A DNA stretch of 64,000 nucleotides from Cycas panzhihuaensis. Taxonomy: Eukaryota; Plantae; Cycadophyta. The stretch covers positions 148,559,741 through 148,623,740 of the forward strand of contig CM041465.1 in assembly GCA_023213395.1 (NCBI GenBank), read 5' to 3'. A program made the translations under genes and the position numbers. The notes beneath the pieces were generated by a model, which was given only the letters and a program-made list of their open reading frames with translations, searched no databases and was not told the DNA's origin. Positions 62,477 through 64,000 of this stretch are shown in pieces. The first letter of the stretch is position 1; each line of letters begins with the position of its first letter.

Positions 62477-64000
62477 TGTTGAGGGAACCTCATCTAAAAG
62501 GTTCACCTAGCACATATATCTTATTGGTTGTTTAGAGTGTGATAAGATATATGTGTTAGGTTCCCTCTTTGGAGGGAACCTCATCTAAAAGAGGGGAGCT
62601 TTTCCAAGTGTTATCTTACCAATTTTACTTCATACTTTGATCAATACTTCCATTTATTTCATTTACAATTGCTGTAAATACTTCAATAGTCTCTACATTT
62701 CTAGTATTAGAGCTACATTTATGTATTTTGTTCTATTTTTGCTCTATTTCTTCCGAAAGGACTATGTAGGCTTGCCACAAGTGGTATCAGAGCTTCGTTA
62801 GAAGTTATCTTGAGGAGAAATTTTGCTAGTTAGCAAGGAAAAGGAAGGGAAAAGAGCAAGGTTGGGTTAGAAGAAGTTTTCACATGAGGGAAAGACTAGC
62901 ATAAATTCTCCCTAGAACGGAACTAAGATCAGGGAGAACTCTTCCACCTAACAAAATGGTGGACCAACCATCATAAACATAGTAGATGTGTCAAATCACA
63001 TTGACACACTCACCAATCAGATAACTAAGATCAACAACACTTTAGACTAGATTAGAAGGGATGTGCAACAACTCACGACCATAGTCATGGGGAGACCAAA
63101 GGATATAGGCCCATCTGACTATCAAAAGTCGGAGGAAAACACAAAAGAAGAAGAGGAGGTAGGGAGAGAAGATAAATTCTAGAGATAATTCAACATAGGA
63201 TTCTGGGAATATAGAGAGCAAAGGGACTTCCAACAGAGGAACCAAAAGAGTTGGGAGCCAAACTGTGGCCTCAGAGGGACAAAGTTTTCATTGGAGAAAT
63301 TGATCCAGACAAATCGAGGGACATTCAAAGTTGGATATTACAGATGGAGACCTACTTCTAGGTCTATGATGTACCAAACAGAGACAAAGCTTTATTCGCC
63401 TCACTTCGGTTGTGTGGAAAGGCCCACCAATGGTTCCAGTGGTAGAGGAAGGTCCACACGGATATTTCTATCGATCCATGGGGATCCCTCACAGTAGGAT
63501 TGATAGATCGATATGAAGACTCATGGAACACAGATTATTTCTCCTAGTTAACCACATTGCAACAGATGGGATTCGTTCAAGCGTACACGAAACAATTCCT
63601 TGGGGGACTCAAGGGATCCATTAAATACTGCATAAAGACAATGGGGGCCTCAAACATAAGAGATGCCATCCGACATGCAAGGAATATTGAAGTAGAATAT
63701 AGAGAAGGTAGGCCTAATTACGCTCAAAGAAATGACCCACTCGTCTACCAGAACTCTAATTGGACCAGGTTAGGAACAAAAGTAGATCCCCCACTCATAG
63801 GAAGAAGCCCAAACGAAGCAAGTAGAGTATCAAGAGACGAACGCTTTAAGAGAGGCATGTGCTTTAAATGCAAAGGGAAATGGAATAAAGACCATCACTA
63901 CTCATCAAAGAAAATGCTTATGATTCAAAATGACAAAGGAGAAGATCAAGAACAAGAAAAGATTCTAGAAGGAGATGAGGAGGCCAAAGTGGTGGAACTT
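62477..64000 (+). mobile_element. Element L: 5' part of a Ty3/gypsy element (D-like gag) with a chimeric or partial LTR
   Basis: LTR-like 62477-62779 ends GCCACA, followed by PBS TGGTATCAGAGC (62782-62793). The gag motif EKFDPDKSRDIQSWILQMETYF is nearly identical to that of element D. Runs off the window. Confidence 0.85.

Overview
Repeat-dense, CpG-depleted plant DNA, probably from a large-genome land plant. A gymnosperm- or fern-like host is only an inference. There is no intact host gene, RNA gene or CRISPR array. From ~1.5 kb to the end, the window is a nest of transposons whose boundaries can be read from TG..CA termini, tRNA-iMet primer binding sites (TGGTATCAGAGC), polypurine tracts and 5-bp target-site duplications. 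It contains six decayed Ty3/gypsy elements (A, C, D, F, G, L; most carry chromodomains) and three Ty1/copia elements (B, H, J). It also contains one gag-only non-autonomous copia derivative (E), two related pol-less gypsy derivatives (I, K), two miniature TRIMs, two solo LTRs, an orphan LTR and one internally deleted hAT DNA transposon. The most notable observations are: (1) a short hairpin motif (GGAGGA..CRCCTCGAAGAGG) conserved across unrelated LTR families, hit at the same pentamer by two independent insertions; (2) the pol-less I/K family, with an unexplained His/Pro/Ser-rich region; (3) TRIMs with a possible 5S-rRNA-like core; (4) a copia with nearly identical LTRs but an indel-riddled ORF. 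Element boundaries were read by eye. Internal domain coordinates and divergence counts are approximate manual estimates.
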